Assembly (NCBI GenBank): GCA_017467585.1
Contig: JAFUSR010000004.1
Location: forward strand, 434,178 to 498,177
DNA from: Clostridia bacterium
GTDB lineage: Bacteria > Bacillota > Clostridia > Christensenellales > UBA1242
Length of the DNA stretch: 64,000 nucleotides
Direction: 5' to 3'
Both the position numbers and the translations under genes were made by a program. This document shows, piece after piece, positions 8,755-20,020 of the stretch. Below the pieces are notes generated by a model, which saw only the letters and a list, made by a program, of their open reading frames with translations, did not search any database and was not told where the DNA came from. How positions within the stretch are numbered: the stretch's first letter is position 1; the number at the start of each line of letters is the position of its first letter.

Positions 8755-10548
8755 ATGAAAGATAAAAGTCTAATACGCAATTTTTCTATTATTGCCCATA
8801 TCGACCACGGAAAGAGCACTCTTGCAGACAGAATCATGGAACTGACAGGAACAGTCAGCGAAAGAGATAGCAAGGCTCAACTTTTAGATAGCATGGAACT
8901 TGAAAGAGAAAGGGGAATAACCATAAAGCTCGCTCCAGTAACCATGAAATATAAATATAACGGCAAAGAATATGAACTAAACCTAATAGACACTCCAGGG
9001 CACGTTGACTTTACTTACGAAGTCAGCCGTTCGCTTGCCGCCTGTGAGGGGGCAATTTTGGTTGTGGACGCCAGTCAAGGAGTTGAGGCTCAAACACTCG
9101 CAAATGTTTATCTTGCAATAGAAAACGATTTGTTTGTTGTTCCTGTTATCAACAAAATTGACTTGCCAAGTGCAAGACCAGACGAGGTTAAAAAAGAAAT
9201 AGAAGATGTCATTGGCCTAGACGCCAGTTATGCACCACTTGTTTCTGCAAAATCAGGTCTAAATATAGACCAGGTTTTAAATTTGGTCATCGAAAAAATT
9301 CCTTCTCCAAAAGGTGACGACGAAAAGCCACTGCAAGCGCTCATTTTTGATAGTTATTACGACAACTACAAGGGAGCAGTTTGCTTGGTAAGAATAGTCA
9401 ACGGAAGGGTTAAAGCTGGCGACAAAATTCACATGCTTGCCACCGACAAAATATACGACGTTGTAGAAGTTGGTGTGTTCACGCCAAACACCACAACAAA
9501 AGAAGAACTCTGCGCTGGAGACGTTGGCTACATTTGTGCCAGCATCAAAACTGTTTCAGATATCAGAGTTGGAGACACGGTTTGCATATGCGGAAAGGAG
9601 ACTCAGCCACTTCCTGGCTACAAGCAGGTTTTGCCAGTGGTCTACAGTGGAATCTTCCCGGTTGATGGAAGCAAATATAACACACTTAAAGATGCGCTAG
9701 AAAAACTTAAACTTTCCGATGCATCACTTATTTATTCACCCGAAACATCATCGGCTCTTGGCTATGGTTTCCGCTGCGGCTTTTTGGGGCTTCTTCACAT
9801 GGAAATTATAACAGAGAGACTAGAGAGGGAGTTTGGACTTGACTTAATCACAACAGCGCCAAGCGTTAGCTATAATGTGTATAAGACAAATGGTGAAATG
9901 TTAGAAATTTCAAACCCAAGCAATCTTCCAAAAGCAGAACTAATCGATCATATCGACGAACCTGTTATTGCGGCAAACGTGTTTACTCCTCCAGAATATG
10001 TTGGCGACATTATGGACCTTGCAAAAAACAAGAGGGGCACTTTTAAAAACATGACATATCTCGAAGAGAGGCGTGTGAAACTTGAATATGAATTGCCACT
10101 TTGTGAAATTGTTTACGACTTTTTTGACAAACTCAAAAGTTGTTCTCATGGTTACGCCAGCCTCGACTATGAACTGAATGGTTACAAAACCAGCAACATG
10201 GTCAAACTCGACATGATGCTCAATGGCGAGGTGTGTGATGCACTTTCGTTAATTGTTCACAGAGACAAGGCCTACGAACGCGGCAGAGCAATAGCAGAAA
10301 AGCTTAAAGAGGTTGTTCCTCGTCAGCTTTTTGAAATTCCAATTCAGGCCTGCATTGGCAGCAAGGTTATTGCAAGAGAAACAGTTAAAGCCCTCAGAAA
10401 AGATGTGCTTGCTAAGTGTTATGGTGGAGACATCAGCCGAAAGAGAAAACTCTTAGAAAAACAAAAAGAGGGCAAAAAGCGAATGAGAATGCTTGGAAGC
10501 GTTGAACTTCCTAGTGAAGCATTTATGAGCATACTAAAAATAGATTAA
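8755..10548 (+). CDS. lepA: Translation elongation factor 4 (LepA)
   Basis: [33 protein letters not shown], and the LepA-type C-terminal domain. Confidence 0.95.
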   Translation: MKDKSLIRNFSIIAHIDHGKSTLADRIMELTGTVSERDSKAQLLDSMELERERGITIKLAPVTMKYKYNGKEYELNLIDTPGHVDFTYEVSRSLAACEGAILVVDASQGVEAQTLANVYLAIENDLFVVPVINKIDLPSARPDEVKKEIEDVIGLDASYAPLVSAKSGLNIDQVLNLVIEKIPSPKGDDEKPLQALIFDSYYDNYKGAVCLVRIVNGRVKAGDKIHMLATDKIYDVVEVGVFTPNTTTKEELCAGDVGYICASIKTVSDIRVGDTVCICGKETQPLPGYKQVLPVVYSGIFPVDGSKYNTLKDALEKLKLSDASLIYSPETSSALGYGFRCGFLGLLHMEIITERLEREFGLDLITTAPSVSYNVYKTNGEMLEISNPSNLPKAELIDHIDEPVIAANVFTPPEYVGDIMDLAKNKRGTFKNMTYLEERRVKLEYELPLCEIVYDFFDKLKSCSHGYASLDYELNGYKTSNMVKLDMMLNGEVCDALSLIVHRDKAYERGRAIAEKLKEVVPRQLFEIPIQACIGSKVIARETVKALRKDVLAKCYGGDISRKRKLLEKQKEGKKRMRMLGSVELPSEAFMSILKID

Positions 10549-10603
10549 GAGTTGACTAATTTTAAGTTATAACTTATAATTTAATCATAAAGGGGATACA
10601 TAA

Positions 10604-11752
10604 GTGGCAAAAAAAGATATTAGCTTGTATATTCATATTCCATTTTGCAACAGCAAGTGTAACTATTGTGCATTTGTTTCTCACGTGGGAACAGAATCAG
10701 AAAAAGATTCTTACGTAAAAGATTTGATTGCTGAAATCAAAATGAGAGCGCAAGAATATAACCAATATTTCAGTGTTTGTAGCATTTATATTGGTGGCGG
10801 CACACCATCTTGCATGAACAACTATGCAATTCGCGACATTTTAACTTGCATCTACAAAAATTTTAATGTAAAAAACTCTGCAGAAATCACAATCGAAGCA
10901 AACCCAAATGCAGTCACCAGAGCCAAAATCAGAGAATACATTCTCTCTGGCGTAAACCGTTTTAGTGTTGGCCTTCAATGCACAAACCAAAAGGTTCTTA
11001 GCAGCATGGGTCGAACTCACACAGTTGAAGATTTCGATAACACAATTGAAAACATACGTGAGCAGGGAATATCAAACATCAGTGCAGACATAATGATTGG
11101 TTATCCTGGTCAAACTCTTAAACACGTTCAAGAGAGTGTGGATCACTTGATTGAACTTAAAATCCCTCACATTTCGTGTTACATGCTTCAGGTTGAAGAG
11201 GGAACAAAACTTAAAGCTCTCGTTGATAATAATGCTGCTTATCTTATTACAGAAGACAAAGTGATTGCAATGTATAACTATGTTTTGAAAGAACTCAAAG
11301 ATAACGGCTACGAGCGTTACGAACTTTCAAACTTTTCAAAACCTGGATTTGCAAGTTACCATAACCAAGTTTATTGGAACAGAACAGACTATTTAGGTTT
11401 TGGTGTTTCAGCTCATAGTTATGTGTCTGGCGTTCGCTTTTCTAACACAGACAGCATAAGCGAATATCATCGCTGCATCAATGAACTTAAAAAACCACCA
11501 GTGGCCAGCGCACAAGAACTCACCAAACAAGAGAAAAAAGAGGAAGCAATAATGCTCTCGCTTCGAACTGCAAAGGGGCTCGACACAAAGGCTTATGAAG
11601 CAGAATTTGGTGAGAACTTAATTGCGGCAAAAAAAGACAAACTTGCAAACCTAATCAAAAATGGATTTTTAATTCTCGACAAAGAGGGAATTTTAAAAGC
11701 CACCGACAAAGGTTATTTAGTTTTAAATAGATTAATCTACGAAATAATATAA
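10604..11752 (+). CDS. hemW: Radical SAM heme chaperone HemW (HemN-like)
   Basis: GTG start. CNSKCNYC Cx3Cx2C motif. HemN_C-like tail. Conserved position after lepA. Confidence 0.85.
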   Translation: MAKKDISLYIHIPFCNSKCNYCAFVSHVGTESEKDSYVKDLIAEIKMRAQEYNQYFSVCSIYIGGGTPSCMNNYAIRDILTCIYKNFNVKNSAEITIEANPNAVTRAKIREYILSGVNRFSVGLQCTNQKVLSSMGRTHTVEDFDNTIENIREQGISNISADIMIGYPGQTLKHVQESVDHLIELKIPHISCYMLQVEEGTKLKALVDNNAAYLITEDKVIAMYNYVLKELKDNGYERYELSNFSKPGFASYHNQVYWNRTDYLGFGVSAHSYVSGVRFSNTDSISEYHRCINELKKPPVASAQELTKQEKKEEAIMLSLRTAKGLDTKAYEAEFGENLIAAKKDKLANLIKNGFLILDKEGILKATDKGYLVLNRLIYEII

Positions 11753-11769
11753 TATATAAATAAATAACA

Positions 11770-11795
11770 AGGCCACCAAATTGGTGGCTTTTTTG
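11770..11795 (+). terminator. Intrinsic terminator
   Basis: GCCACC-AAATT-GGTGGC then TTTTTT. Confidence 0.75.
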
Positions 11796-11844
11796 TTCGT
11801 CAAAAATAAAAGTCAAAAAAAGTCAAAAAATTGTCATAAAAGGG

Positions 11845-11873
11845 TTGACAACCACTATTAGCAGTGATAATAT
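11845..11873 (+). promoter_or_regulatory. SigA-type promoter of the hrcA operon (TTGACA-17-TAATAT)
   Basis: TTGACA 11845-11850, 17-nt spacer, TAATAT 11868-11873, immediately upstream of CIRCE. Confidence 0.6.
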
Positions 11874-11881
11874 GTATAGTG

Positions 11882-11908
11882 TTAGCAGTCTAAATGCAAG
11901 AGTGCTAA
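11882..11908 (+). promoter_or_regulatory. CIRCE operator (HrcA binding site)
   Basis: TTAGCAGTC-N9-GAGTGCTAA against consensus TTAGCACTC-N9-GAGTGCTAA, one mismatch. Confidence 0.85.
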
Positions 11909-11968
11909 AAACAAGAATAAAAAAAGTCGACTTAGCGTATAATAAAAATATGCAAAAGGGCGAACATA

Positions 11969-12967
11969 ATGAAACTATCAAAGAGAAAAGAAAAAATCTT
12001 AAAGGCAGTTGTCGAAAGCAACTTGTCTAGTGGCGAGCCAATTTCGAGCAAGGCCATTCAGCAAGAGTATTTGCCAGATGTTTCAAGCGCAACAATTCGA
12101 AATGAACTCATGAGCCTAGAAGAGATGGGCTATCTCACACACTTGCACACATCAAGTGGTAGAGTTCCAACAACAGAGGGCTACAGAAAATATGTTCAAG
12201 AGCTTATGCCAACCAAAAAGTTAACAAAAAAAGAAGTCAGTCAAATTCAGTCTAATTTCACCGACAAACTGGTTAGCTTAAACGACATAATGGTGCGTTC
12301 TGCAAAAACAATTTCAGATGCTTGCAACTATGCTTCAGTTGTTTATTTTGGGGCAAAAGACACGGCCACAATTCTTCAAATCAAAATTATGACCATTTCA
12401 GATTCAACAAAGCTTGTTGTTGTTGCAACCGATCTTGGCGTGATTAGCGAAATGGCAAATCTTGGCGAAGTTTCGCAAACAGAGCTTGACGAAGCGGGAA
12501 GAATAATGACAGAGATTTTTGCAGGAAAGCCATTATCAAGCCTAGAAGACCAAAGATATAGAATTTCAAAAGAACTTGTTAAATATAAACAAATTTTTGA
12601 AACAATCATCGACACAATAGCAAAACGAGATAACACAAAAATTGCTGTTGCAGGAAAAGAAAAAATAATGGATTATCCAGAGTTTGAAGACGTCAACAAA
12701 TTAAAGAACGCCATAAAACTTCTAGATAACGACGAAAAGCTGTTGCCAATTCTCAAAAATTCAAGTTCTGGCGACGGTGTTGAAATTAGTATAAGCGTTG
12801 GCGGCGCAAACGACGATTTGTCAATTGTTACTGCCACTTATAAAATAAAAGGCGACAAAACTTTTTCAACAGGAGTTGTTGGGCCAGTTCGAATGGACTA
12901 TGCCAAGGCAATATCAGTGCTTAAAGAAGTTTCGGACACAATCAAAGATATAACAGACAAGGAGTAG
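11969..12967 (+). CDS. hrcA: Heat-inducible transcription repressor HrcA
   Basis: 332 aa. N-terminal winged-helix region (ATIRNELMSLEEMGYL). First gene of hrcA-grpE-dnaK-dnaJ, downstream of CIRCE. Confidence 0.9.
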   Translation: MKLSKRKEKILKAVVESNLSSGEPISSKAIQQEYLPDVSSATIRNELMSLEEMGYLTHLHTSSGRVPTTEGYRKYVQELMPTKKLTKKEVSQIQSNFTDKLVSLNDIMVRSAKTISDACNYASVVYFGAKDTATILQIKIMTISDSTKLVVVATDLGVISEMANLGEVSQTELDEAGRIMTEIFAGKPLSSLEDQRYRISKELVKYKQIFETIIDTIAKRDNTKIAVAGKEKIMDYPEFEDVNKLKNAIKLLDNDEKLLPILKNSSSGDGVEISISVGGANDDLSIVTATYKIKGDKTFSTGVVGPVRMDYAKAISVLKEVSDTIKDITDKE

Positions 12968-12971
12968 AAAA

Positions 12972-13673
12972 GTGAAGGACAAACATAAACACAAAAATTG
13001 CAACTGCGATGAGTCTTGTGACTGCGGTTGCCAAGATGGCAAAGAGTGCACCTGCAACGATGAGTCTTGCGACTGTGGCTGCCACGACGAAGGCAAAGAA
13101 TGTCATTGTAACGACGGCGAGCACGAGCACTGCGATTGTGGGGACGACTGCAATTGCAAGCACGAGCCAACAATCGAAGACTATCAAAAGGCATTCGACC
13201 AGTTTGAGCAGGCGCTCACAAAAGTAGATGCAGAACTAGCAAAAGTCAAACAAGAAGCCCAAACAAATCAGCATCTCGCAGTTACCTACAAAAAAGACTT
13301 GGAACGCTACAAGGAGCGCAACAAGAACATAGAAGAAGAATCAAAACAAGCAGCAATCGAAAACGTTGCCAGCAAGTTAATTCCAATTCTAGACCAGTTC
13401 GAAGTGGCTCTCTCTGGTGGCGGCGACCAAGCCACAAAAAAGGGCTATCAAATGATTTATGCAGGGCTTAAAAGAACGGTTGAAGACATGGGAATAACCC
13501 CAATTGAAGCCCTTGGCGAAAAGTTTGATTCAAAGCTGCATAGCGCGGTTAGCAAACTCAAAACCAAAGACCGTTCAAAAGATGGCGTTGTAACAGCCGT
13601 TTATCAAAAGGGTTACAAATTAAACGACAAAATCATTCGCTACGCAACAGTTGAAGTTGGCGAATGTGAATAA
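12972..13673 (+). CDS. grpE: Nucleotide exchange factor GrpE with an N-terminal Cys/His-rich extension
   Basis: GTG start after AGGAG. C-terminal two-thirds is GrpE-like ([32 protein letters not shown]). The first ~63 aa carry 16 Cys, all in CxC spacing. Confidence 0.85.
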   Translation: MKDKHKHKNCNCDESCDCGCQDGKECTCNDESCDCGCHDEGKECHCNDGEHEHCDCGDDCNCKHEPTIEDYQKAFDQFEQALTKVDAELAKVKQEAQTNQHLAVTYKKDLERYKERNKNIEEESKQAAIENVASKLIPILDQFEVALSGGGDQATKKGYQMIYAGLKRTVEDMGITPIEALGEKFDSKLHSAVSKLKTKDRSKDGVVTAVYQKGYKLNDKIIRYATVEVGECE

Positions 13674-13687
13674 AGGAGAATAAAATT

Positions 13688-15517
13688 ATGTCAAAGATTA
13701 TAGGTATCGACCTCGGAACAACAAACAGCTGTGTTGCAGTTATGGAAGGCGGTGAGCCAACAGTTATTGCAAACAGCGAAGGCAGCAGAACAACACCTTC
13801 TGTTGTAGGATTTTCAAAAGATGGAGAAAGACTTGTTGGACAGATTGCAAAGCGTCAAGCTGTTGCAAACCCAGACAACACCGTCATTTCAATCAAAAGA
13901 GAAATGGGCTCAAACCATAAGGTAAAAGCTCATGGAAAAGAATATACCCCACAAGAAATTTCTGCCATGATTTTGAGCAAACTTAAAGCTGATGCAGAAA
14001 AATATCTTGGCGAAAAGGTAACTCAGGCAGTTATCACAGTTCCTGCATATTTCACCGACAGTCAACGTCAAGCAACAAAAGACGCAGGCAAAATTGCAGG
14101 TCTTGAAGTGTTAAGAATCATCAACGAGCCAACAGCAGCCGCTCTTGCTTATGGCCTAGACAAGGCAGACGACACAAAGGGTCAAAAGATTTTGGTTTAT
14201 GACCTTGGTGGTGGCACATTTGATATTTCAGTTCTAGAAATTGCTGATGGCGTGTTCCAAGTTCTTGCCACTGCCGGAAACAACCGTCTTGGTGGTGACG
14301 ACTTCGATAAGAGAATCATGGACTATTTAATTGAAGAGTTCAAAAAGGAAAATGGCATTGACCTTTCTAGCGACAAAATGGCTATGCAACGTTTAAAAGA
14401 AGCAGCCGAAAAAACCAAAATTGAACTTTCTGGCGTAACATCAAGCACAGTAAGTCTTCCATTTATCACAGCCGACTCAACAGGTCCAAAACACCTTGAA
14501 ATGACAATCACTCGTGCTAAATTTGAAAGCATGATAGAGGACTATGTAAAAGAAACAATCGACCTAACCAAAAAAGCTCTTGCAGATGCAAAACTCGACA
14601 AGAGTGATGTTTCTAAAATCATCATGGTTGGTGGCTCAACCCGTGTTCCACTTGTTCTAGAAGAAGTAAAGAAATTCCTCGGAAAAGAACCATTCACTGG
14701 CATCAACCCAGATGAGTGCGTTGCAATTGGTGCAGCAATTCAAGCCGGCGTTCTTGGCGGAGAAGTTAAAGACGTTCTTCTTCTCGATGTAACACCACTA
14801 TCTCTCGGAATTGAAACAATGGGTGGAGTGTTCACAAAACTTATTGAAAGAAACACAACAATTCCAACAAAAAAATCACAAATTTTCTCAACAGCAGCCG
14901 ACAATCAACCTGGTGTAGATATTCACGTTTTGCAGGGTGAAAGAGAACTTGCTGCCTACAACAAAACAATTGGCAGATTCGAACTCACCGACATTCCACC
15001 AGCACCACGTGGCGTTCCACAAATCGAAGTTACATTTGATATCGACGCAAACGGAATTGTTCACGTTTCAGCAAAAGACCTTGGAACTGGCAAGTCTCAA
15101 GACATAACCATTACTGCAAGCAGCAACCTTTCAGAAGAAGATATCGACAAGGCTGTTAAAGATGCAGAAAAATATGCCGAAGAAGACAAAAAGAGAAAAG
15201 AGGTTGTCGACACAAAAAATAATCTTGACCAAATGATTTTCTCAATTGAAAAAATCTTAAAAGAAAATGGCGACAAACTCAGCGAAGAAGACAAGACAAA
15301 ACTTAACGCCGAAATGGAAAAAGCTCGTGACGTTTACAAAAACAGCGACGACATTGAAAAGCTTAAAGCAGCGCTTGAATCACTCACAAATGTTTCAAAC
15401 GAAATCTTTACAAAACTTTACAAAAATGCCAATCCAAACGGAGCAAATGGCGAGGGCGGAAATGCCGGCAACGGTTCAACCGATCCTAACAATTTTGGCG
15501 ACTACACAACAAAATAA
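13688..15517 (+). CDS. dnaK: Molecular chaperone DnaK (Hsp70)
   Basis: [36 protein letters not shown]. Confidence 0.97.
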   Translation: MSKIIGIDLGTTNSCVAVMEGGEPTVIANSEGSRTTPSVVGFSKDGERLVGQIAKRQAVANPDNTVISIKREMGSNHKVKAHGKEYTPQEISAMILSKLKADAEKYLGEKVTQAVITVPAYFTDSQRQATKDAGKIAGLEVLRIINEPTAAALAYGLDKADDTKGQKILVYDLGGGTFDISVLEIADGVFQVLATAGNNRLGGDDFDKRIMDYLIEEFKKENGIDLSSDKMAMQRLKEAAEKTKIELSGVTSSTVSLPFITADSTGPKHLEMTITRAKFESMIEDYVKETIDLTKKALADAKLDKSDVSKIIMVGGSTRVPLVLEEVKKFLGKEPFTGINPDECVAIGAAIQAGVLGGEVKDVLLLDVTPLSLGIETMGGVFTKLIERNTTIPTKKSQIFSTAADNQPGVDIHVLQGERELAAYNKTIGRFELTDIPPAPRGVPQIEVTFDIDANGIVHVSAKDLGTGKSQDITITASSNLSEEDIDKAVKDAEKYAEEDKKRKEVVDTKNNLDQMIFSIEKILKENGDKLSEEDKTKLNAEMEKARDVYKNSDDIEKLKAALESLTNVSNEIFTKLYKNANPNGANGEGGNAGNGSTDPNNFGDYTTK

Positions 15518-15559
15518 GCAGACAGCTTAAACAAAAATAAAATTAATTAAAGAGAACTT

Positions 15560-16696
15560 ATGGCAAGCAAAGATTACTACAAAATTCTTGGTGTCAGCAA
15601 AACAGCGACTGACGAAGAAATAAAAAAAGCATATCGCAGCATGGCGAAAAAGTATCACCCAGATTTAAACCCGGGTGATGCTTCTGCTGCTGACAAATTA
15701 AAAGAAGTTAACGAGGCCTATGAGGTTCTCTCAGACAAACAAAAGCGTAGCAACTACGACCAGTTTGGCGATCCAAACGGAATGGCGTCTGGCTTTGGCG
15801 GTGGTGCTGGTGCTGGGGCAGGTGGCTTCGACTTTTCAAGTTTTGGTGGCGGATTTGGCGACATCTTTGGGGATATCTTTTCTAGTTTTGGTGGCGGAAA
15901 TCGTCGCAGAGACCCAAACGCACCAATGCAAGGTGCCGACATTCAGGCTCGAATTAATTTAAGTTTTGAGGAGGCGGCGTTTGGTGCGAAAAAATCCATC
16001 AACTTAAACCGTTCAGAAACTTGTGCAGAGTGTCACGGCACTGGGGCTAAAAACGGAACTGCTTATTCAACATGTTCACGTTGTGGTGGAAGCGGAAGAA
16101 TAACAACCCGACAAAACACAATGTTTGGTCAAATGCTCTCTGAGAGCACGTGTCCAGACTGCTCAGGCACTGGCAGAAAAATAAAAGAAAAGTGTTCAAG
16201 TTGTCAAGGTGCTGGCTACACAAGAGCAAACAGAAGCATTGAAGTTAACATTCCGGGTGGCGTGAACACGGGAACAATTTTAACTCTTCGTGGCCAGGGT
16301 GAGGCCGGAAAAAACGGCGGTCCTGCTGGCGACTTGCAACTGCTGATTAAAGCTGGCGACCACAAAGTGTTAAAGCGTGATGGTTATGATGTTTTCGAAG
16401 ATGTTTATGTTTCGTTCACCGACGCACTTCTCGGAAAGAAGATAGACATTGCGGGAATCAACGAAAAACTGTCAATCACAATTCCAGCGCTCACGCAAAC
16501 AGGAACAATCATAACAGTCAAAGGAAAGGGTACAAAGGTTTTAAACAAAAATTCTTATGGCGACCTGTTTGCAAAAATTATTGTTGAAATGCCAAAATCA
16601 CTTTCAAAAAGAGAAAGAGAACTTGTTGAAGAACTAGATAGGTCAATTCTAGATAAAGAATATCCAAAAAAGAAATCATTTTCTAGCAAAATTTAA
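15560..16696 (+). CDS. dnaJ: Molecular chaperone DnaJ
   Basis: J domain with HPD (KKYHPDLNP), a Gly/Phe-rich region, and four CxxCxGxG motifs. Confidence 0.95.
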   Translation: MASKDYYKILGVSKTATDEEIKKAYRSMAKKYHPDLNPGDASAADKLKEVNEAYEVLSDKQKRSNYDQFGDPNGMASGFGGGAGAGAGGFDFSSFGGGFGDIFGDIFSSFGGGNRRRDPNAPMQGADIQARINLSFEEAAFGAKKSINLNRSETCAECHGTGAKNGTAYSTCSRCGGSGRITTRQNTMFGQMLSESTCPDCSGTGRKIKEKCSSCQGAGYTRANRSIEVNIPGGVNTGTILTLRGQGEAGKNGGPAGDLQLLIKAGDHKVLKRDGYDVFEDVYVSFTDALLGKKIDIAGINEKLSITIPALTQTGTIITVKGKGTKVLNKNSYGDLFAKIIVEMPKSLSKRERELVEELDRSILDKEYPKKKSFSSKI

Positions 16697-16702
16697 CAAA
16701 AC

Positions 16703-16732
16703 AAAAAATCTTGGAACTCCAAGATTTTTTTG
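16703..16732 (+). terminator. Intrinsic terminator
   Basis: ATCTTGG-AACT-CCAAGAT then TTTTTTT. Confidence 0.75.
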
Positions 16733-16778
16733 TTGCAAAATATTTCAATTATGTTATAATAAAGCAAAGGATGACCAA

Positions 16779-17510
16779 ATGAAACTTAAAAGATATTATG
16801 TTAACCAAAATTTAGTTGTTGGGGAAAATGTCAGCCTCGAAGGTGACGAATTTCACCATATGGCAAACGTGATGCGAACAAGAGAGGGAGACAGGGTTGA
16901 ACTTTTTTGTGGTGACGGAAACAACTATCTCGCCACTGTCTATGGTTTATCAAAAAAACATGCAGATCTTCACATAGACTCTGTCACAAAAAGCATGGCA
17001 GAACCAAACACAAAATTAGACGTTTATCAAGCTCTCGCCAAGGGCGACAAATTGTCACTTATCACCCAAAAGATAACAGAACTTGGAGCAAGCAAGCTGG
17101 TGCTGTTTGACAGCAAATTTTGCGATGTAAAAGTCAACACAACAAGAGCAAACAAATTAGACCTTGTCACAATTTCTGCGTGCAAGCAGTGTGGAATGTC
17201 AACCCCTGTTCAAATAGAAGGGATACTTTCGATAAAAGACGTTTGCAAGAAAATTAAAAGCTACGACAAATTTTTTGTGTTCTATGAAAACCAAGAAGGC
17301 ATAACACTTAAAGACGAACTTTTAAAAATATTAAAAAACAAGAACCAAAAAGTTGCAATAATGATAGGAGCAGAGGGCGGCTTTGAACAGGGTGAAATCG
17401 AAAGTTTAAAGCAAGCTGGTGCAACTGTTGTCAGTCTTGGAAAACGAATTCTGAGAACCGAAACCGCAGCAATTGCTGGGGCTGCAGTTGTCATGCAATT
17501 GCTTGATTAA
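16779..17510 (+). CDS. rsmE: 16S rRNA (uracil1498-N3)-methyltransferase RsmE
   Basis: 243 aa. RYYV.., GDEFHHMANVMRTREGD, C-terminal GAEGGF..GE, LGKRILRTETA. Confidence 0.85.
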   Translation: MKLKRYYVNQNLVVGENVSLEGDEFHHMANVMRTREGDRVELFCGDGNNYLATVYGLSKKHADLHIDSVTKSMAEPNTKLDVYQALAKGDKLSLITQKITELGASKLVLFDSKFCDVKVNTTRANKLDLVTISACKQCGMSTPVQIEGILSIKDVCKKIKSYDKFFVFYENQEGITLKDELLKILKNKNQKVAIMIGAEGGFEQGEIESLKQAGATVVSLGKRILRTETAAIAGAAVVMQLLD

Positions 17511-17586
17511 AAAATGCAAAACACAGCACTAGAAATGTAAAAAATGCCTCAAAAAACGCAAAATATACAAAATAAATGGAGAATAG

Positions 17587-18900
17587 ATGAAAAAAGTTTC
17601 AATAGTCAACATGGGCTGCAAAGTCAACCAATATGAGTCCGACACAATTGCTGGGCTGCTTTCTGCAAGCGGATTTTCTGTTGACTTTGGGCTTGTTCCA
17701 GCAGACATATATTGTGTTAACACATGTGCTGTCACCAACGAAGGTGAACGCAAAAGCAGAAATGTTATAACAAAACTTTTAAAGTTAAATCCAGAAGCAG
17801 AAATTTATGTTTCTGGCTGTGCCAGTGAAAATAACAAGGAACATTTCACCAAAATTTCCAATGTTAAATATGTTATCGGGACGCAAAATAAAAACCGAAT
17901 TGCAGCTGCAGTTTGCAAGGATAATGGCGTTAAGTTGGTTAATTCATCTGAGCATATTTCAAACCGCACCAGAGGAGTTCTTAAGTGTCAAGATGGCTGC
18001 AATAATTTTTGCACATATTGTCTTATTCCTTATGTGCGCGGAAGAGAAGTTTCTCGTCCACTTTCTGAACTTGAGAGAGAACTTCAAACAATGGTTAATT
18101 CTGGAGTTCACGAAGTAGTTTTGGCGGGCATCAATCTTTCTGCTTATGGCAACGATTTTAAAGATGGAACATCTCTTGTTTCAGTTGCAAAGCTAATAAA
18201 TTCTATCAACCAAAAAATCGCAAAATTGTCTGAAAAATCATCAAAAAATGCTCAAAATTTGCTCAGATATCGCTTTTCGTCACTCGAAGTCGGCATAATC
18301 ACTGAAGATTTTTTGAACTATTTAAAAACAGATGAAGCGTTTTGTCCACACTTTCATTTGTCAATGCAAAGTGGAAGTAACAAAACTCTTAAGGCAATGA
18401 ATCGTCACTACAAAAAAGAAGAGTTTTTGGCTAAAGTTGAACTTATCAGAAAATACTTCCCATTTGCGGCAATCACTACAGATGTTATTGTTGGTTTTCC
18501 AACCGAAACAGAAGAAGACTTTAACGAAACTTTCGACACATGCAAAAAGGCAAATTTTTTTGAAATGCATGTCTTTCCTTATTCAAGCCGAGAAGGGACG
18601 GTTGCTGCGAAGCTAAAAAATGTTGCAACAAATGTCAAAGACAGGGTTTGGAAACTAAAAAATATGTCTACCGAAAACCACGATAAGTTTATTAAGCAGA
18701 ACATAACTGAAAATCCAGTTCAAAAAGTAATAGTAGAAACAACCAATGGTGACTATTACACAGCTCACACAGCAAACTACATAAAGTGTTATATTCCAAA
18801 ACTAAAATCACAGAATCTTTCAAATAACAGCATTGTTGATGTAAAACTTGAAAAGTTATATCTCGATGGTGCACTTGTCTCGTTATCTGCTATTGACTAA
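17587..18900 (+). CDS. mtaB: tRNA t6A37 methylthiotransferase MtaB
   Basis: N-terminal UPF0004 Cys triad (GCKVNQYES, NTCAVT, SGCAS), radical SAM CNNFCTYC, TRAM-like C-terminus. Position matches Bacillus yqeV. Confidence 0.85.
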   Translation: MKKVSIVNMGCKVNQYESDTIAGLLSASGFSVDFGLVPADIYCVNTCAVTNEGERKSRNVITKLLKLNPEAEIYVSGCASENNKEHFTKISNVKYVIGTQNKNRIAAAVCKDNGVKLVNSSEHISNRTRGVLKCQDGCNNFCTYCLIPYVRGREVSRPLSELERELQTMVNSGVHEVVLAGINLSAYGNDFKDGTSLVSVAKLINSINQKIAKLSEKSSKNAQNLLRYRFSSLEVGIITEDFLNYLKTDEAFCPHFHLSMQSGSNKTLKAMNRHYKKEEFLAKVELIRKYFPFAAITTDVIVGFPTETEEDFNETFDTCKKANFFEMHVFPYSSREGTVAAKLKNVATNVKDRVWKLKNMSTENHDKFIKQNITENPVQKVIVETTNGDYYTAHTANYIKCYIPKLKSQNLSNNSIVDVKLEKLYLDGALVSLSAID

Positions 18901-18938
18901 AATTGCAATTTTTGATATAATATTTTCAGGAGAAAATT

Positions 18939-20015
18939 ATGTCAAGTTCACTCAAACAAAAGATAAGAGTTTTGCGAAAGGTAAAGCCTATCAACAGCAG
19001 TGCTATTGATGATTTTTGCAATGAGGCATTTTCTGATTTTGTCGCTGATGGTGTTCCTTTGCTTTATAAAACAGTGGTAGACAAGTTTGCCACTTATCAA
19101 TTGTCTATTCAAACAAGAGAAGATCTTTCAGATTATTTTGTTAAATGTTTTTATGCTTACAGAAGAAGATTTTTGAATCATTGTGAGGTAAATCCTCATT
19201 TAAAACATAATATATTCTTTAAAATACTTGCAGATTCAAAATATGATGAACAAAATTGGAAAAACTCAATCGCCACAAGATTTGATCACTTGGGTGACCA
19301 ATATAATTCAATTCAAAGATTTTTGTTTTTAACAACAATCGTAGACGACATAAACAATGCTTATAAAACTATTGTGGGAGAGAAGGCTGATGTTTTTGTT
19401 GGCGCCGAAGATAAAAAAGGAAATGTGATGAGTTTCTTTAATCAAGGAGAAGGTTTCATTCACGTAAAGACACAGGATTTTAAAAAAGAAAAACAGCCAA
19501 CAGAGTGCAGATTTTATTTAAATTTAAAATATGAAAATATTCCTGCAGTCATTGATTTAGTTATGAATATGGCAAGAAAAAAGCATTTGCCACTTTACTA
19601 TAAATTTTCTTGCGAAAAGAGACCAGAAGCTCTGCTATATTATTGCAGTTACGAAGAAGCTGACGAGCTCCTCAACATTTTAGACAAAATAAAAAAGAAA
19701 AATCCAAAGTTGTTTGATGGAGCAGAAAAAATTCCAGCCTATATGGGCTCAATTAATGGCTACATTGGTTTTGCAGAAGAACCAGTGGAGAGTGTCAAAG
19801 AATCATCATACACCTCAAGACTTGTTGACTACATAAACGAAGTCATGAAAGTTGTCAACAATTATCAACAAAAAGTGATAACCAAAGATCAATACGAACA
19901 AATGAGAATTAATCTCTGCGAAAAATATAATATTCCAAGAAAATCAAAATATTGGTTTTTAAACAAAACCACATTTGAAGAATTAGAAAAAGATGGCTTT
20001 GAGTTTGGTGAATAA
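18939..20015 (+). CDS. Hypothetical protein, possibly HopA1-like family (unverified)
   Basis: 358 aa, good RBS AGGAGA. Pattern CRFYLNL ... [14 protein letters not shown] recalls HopA1-like proteins, from memory only. No signal peptide. Confidence 0.55.
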   Translation: MSSSLKQKIRVLRKVKPINSSAIDDFCNEAFSDFVADGVPLLYKTVVDKFATYQLSIQTREDLSDYFVKCFYAYRRRFLNHCEVNPHLKHNIFFKILADSKYDEQNWKNSIATRFDHLGDQYNSIQRFLFLTTIVDDINNAYKTIVGEKADVFVGAEDKKGNVMSFFNQGEGFIHVKTQDFKKEKQPTECRFYLNLKYENIPAVIDLVMNMARKKHLPLYYKFSCEKRPEALLYYCSYEEADELLNILDKIKKKNPKLFDGAEKIPAYMGSINGYIGFAEEPVESVKESSYTSRLVDYINEVMKVVNNYQQKVITKDQYEQMRINLCEKYNIPRKSKYWFLNKTTFEELEKDGFEFGE

Positions 20016-20020
20016 TTCAC

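Noticed and set aside
11845-12030. Track ORF of 61 aa upstream of and overlapping hrcA
   Set aside because: It begins at the -35 box and runs through the CIRCE operator, so this is a regulatory region rather than coding sequence.
12898-13227. Four overlapping or antisense track ORFs across the 5' end of grpE
   Set aside because: They are artefacts of the GC-richer, repetitive Cys-codon region. The grpE frame continues into an unmistakable GrpE body.
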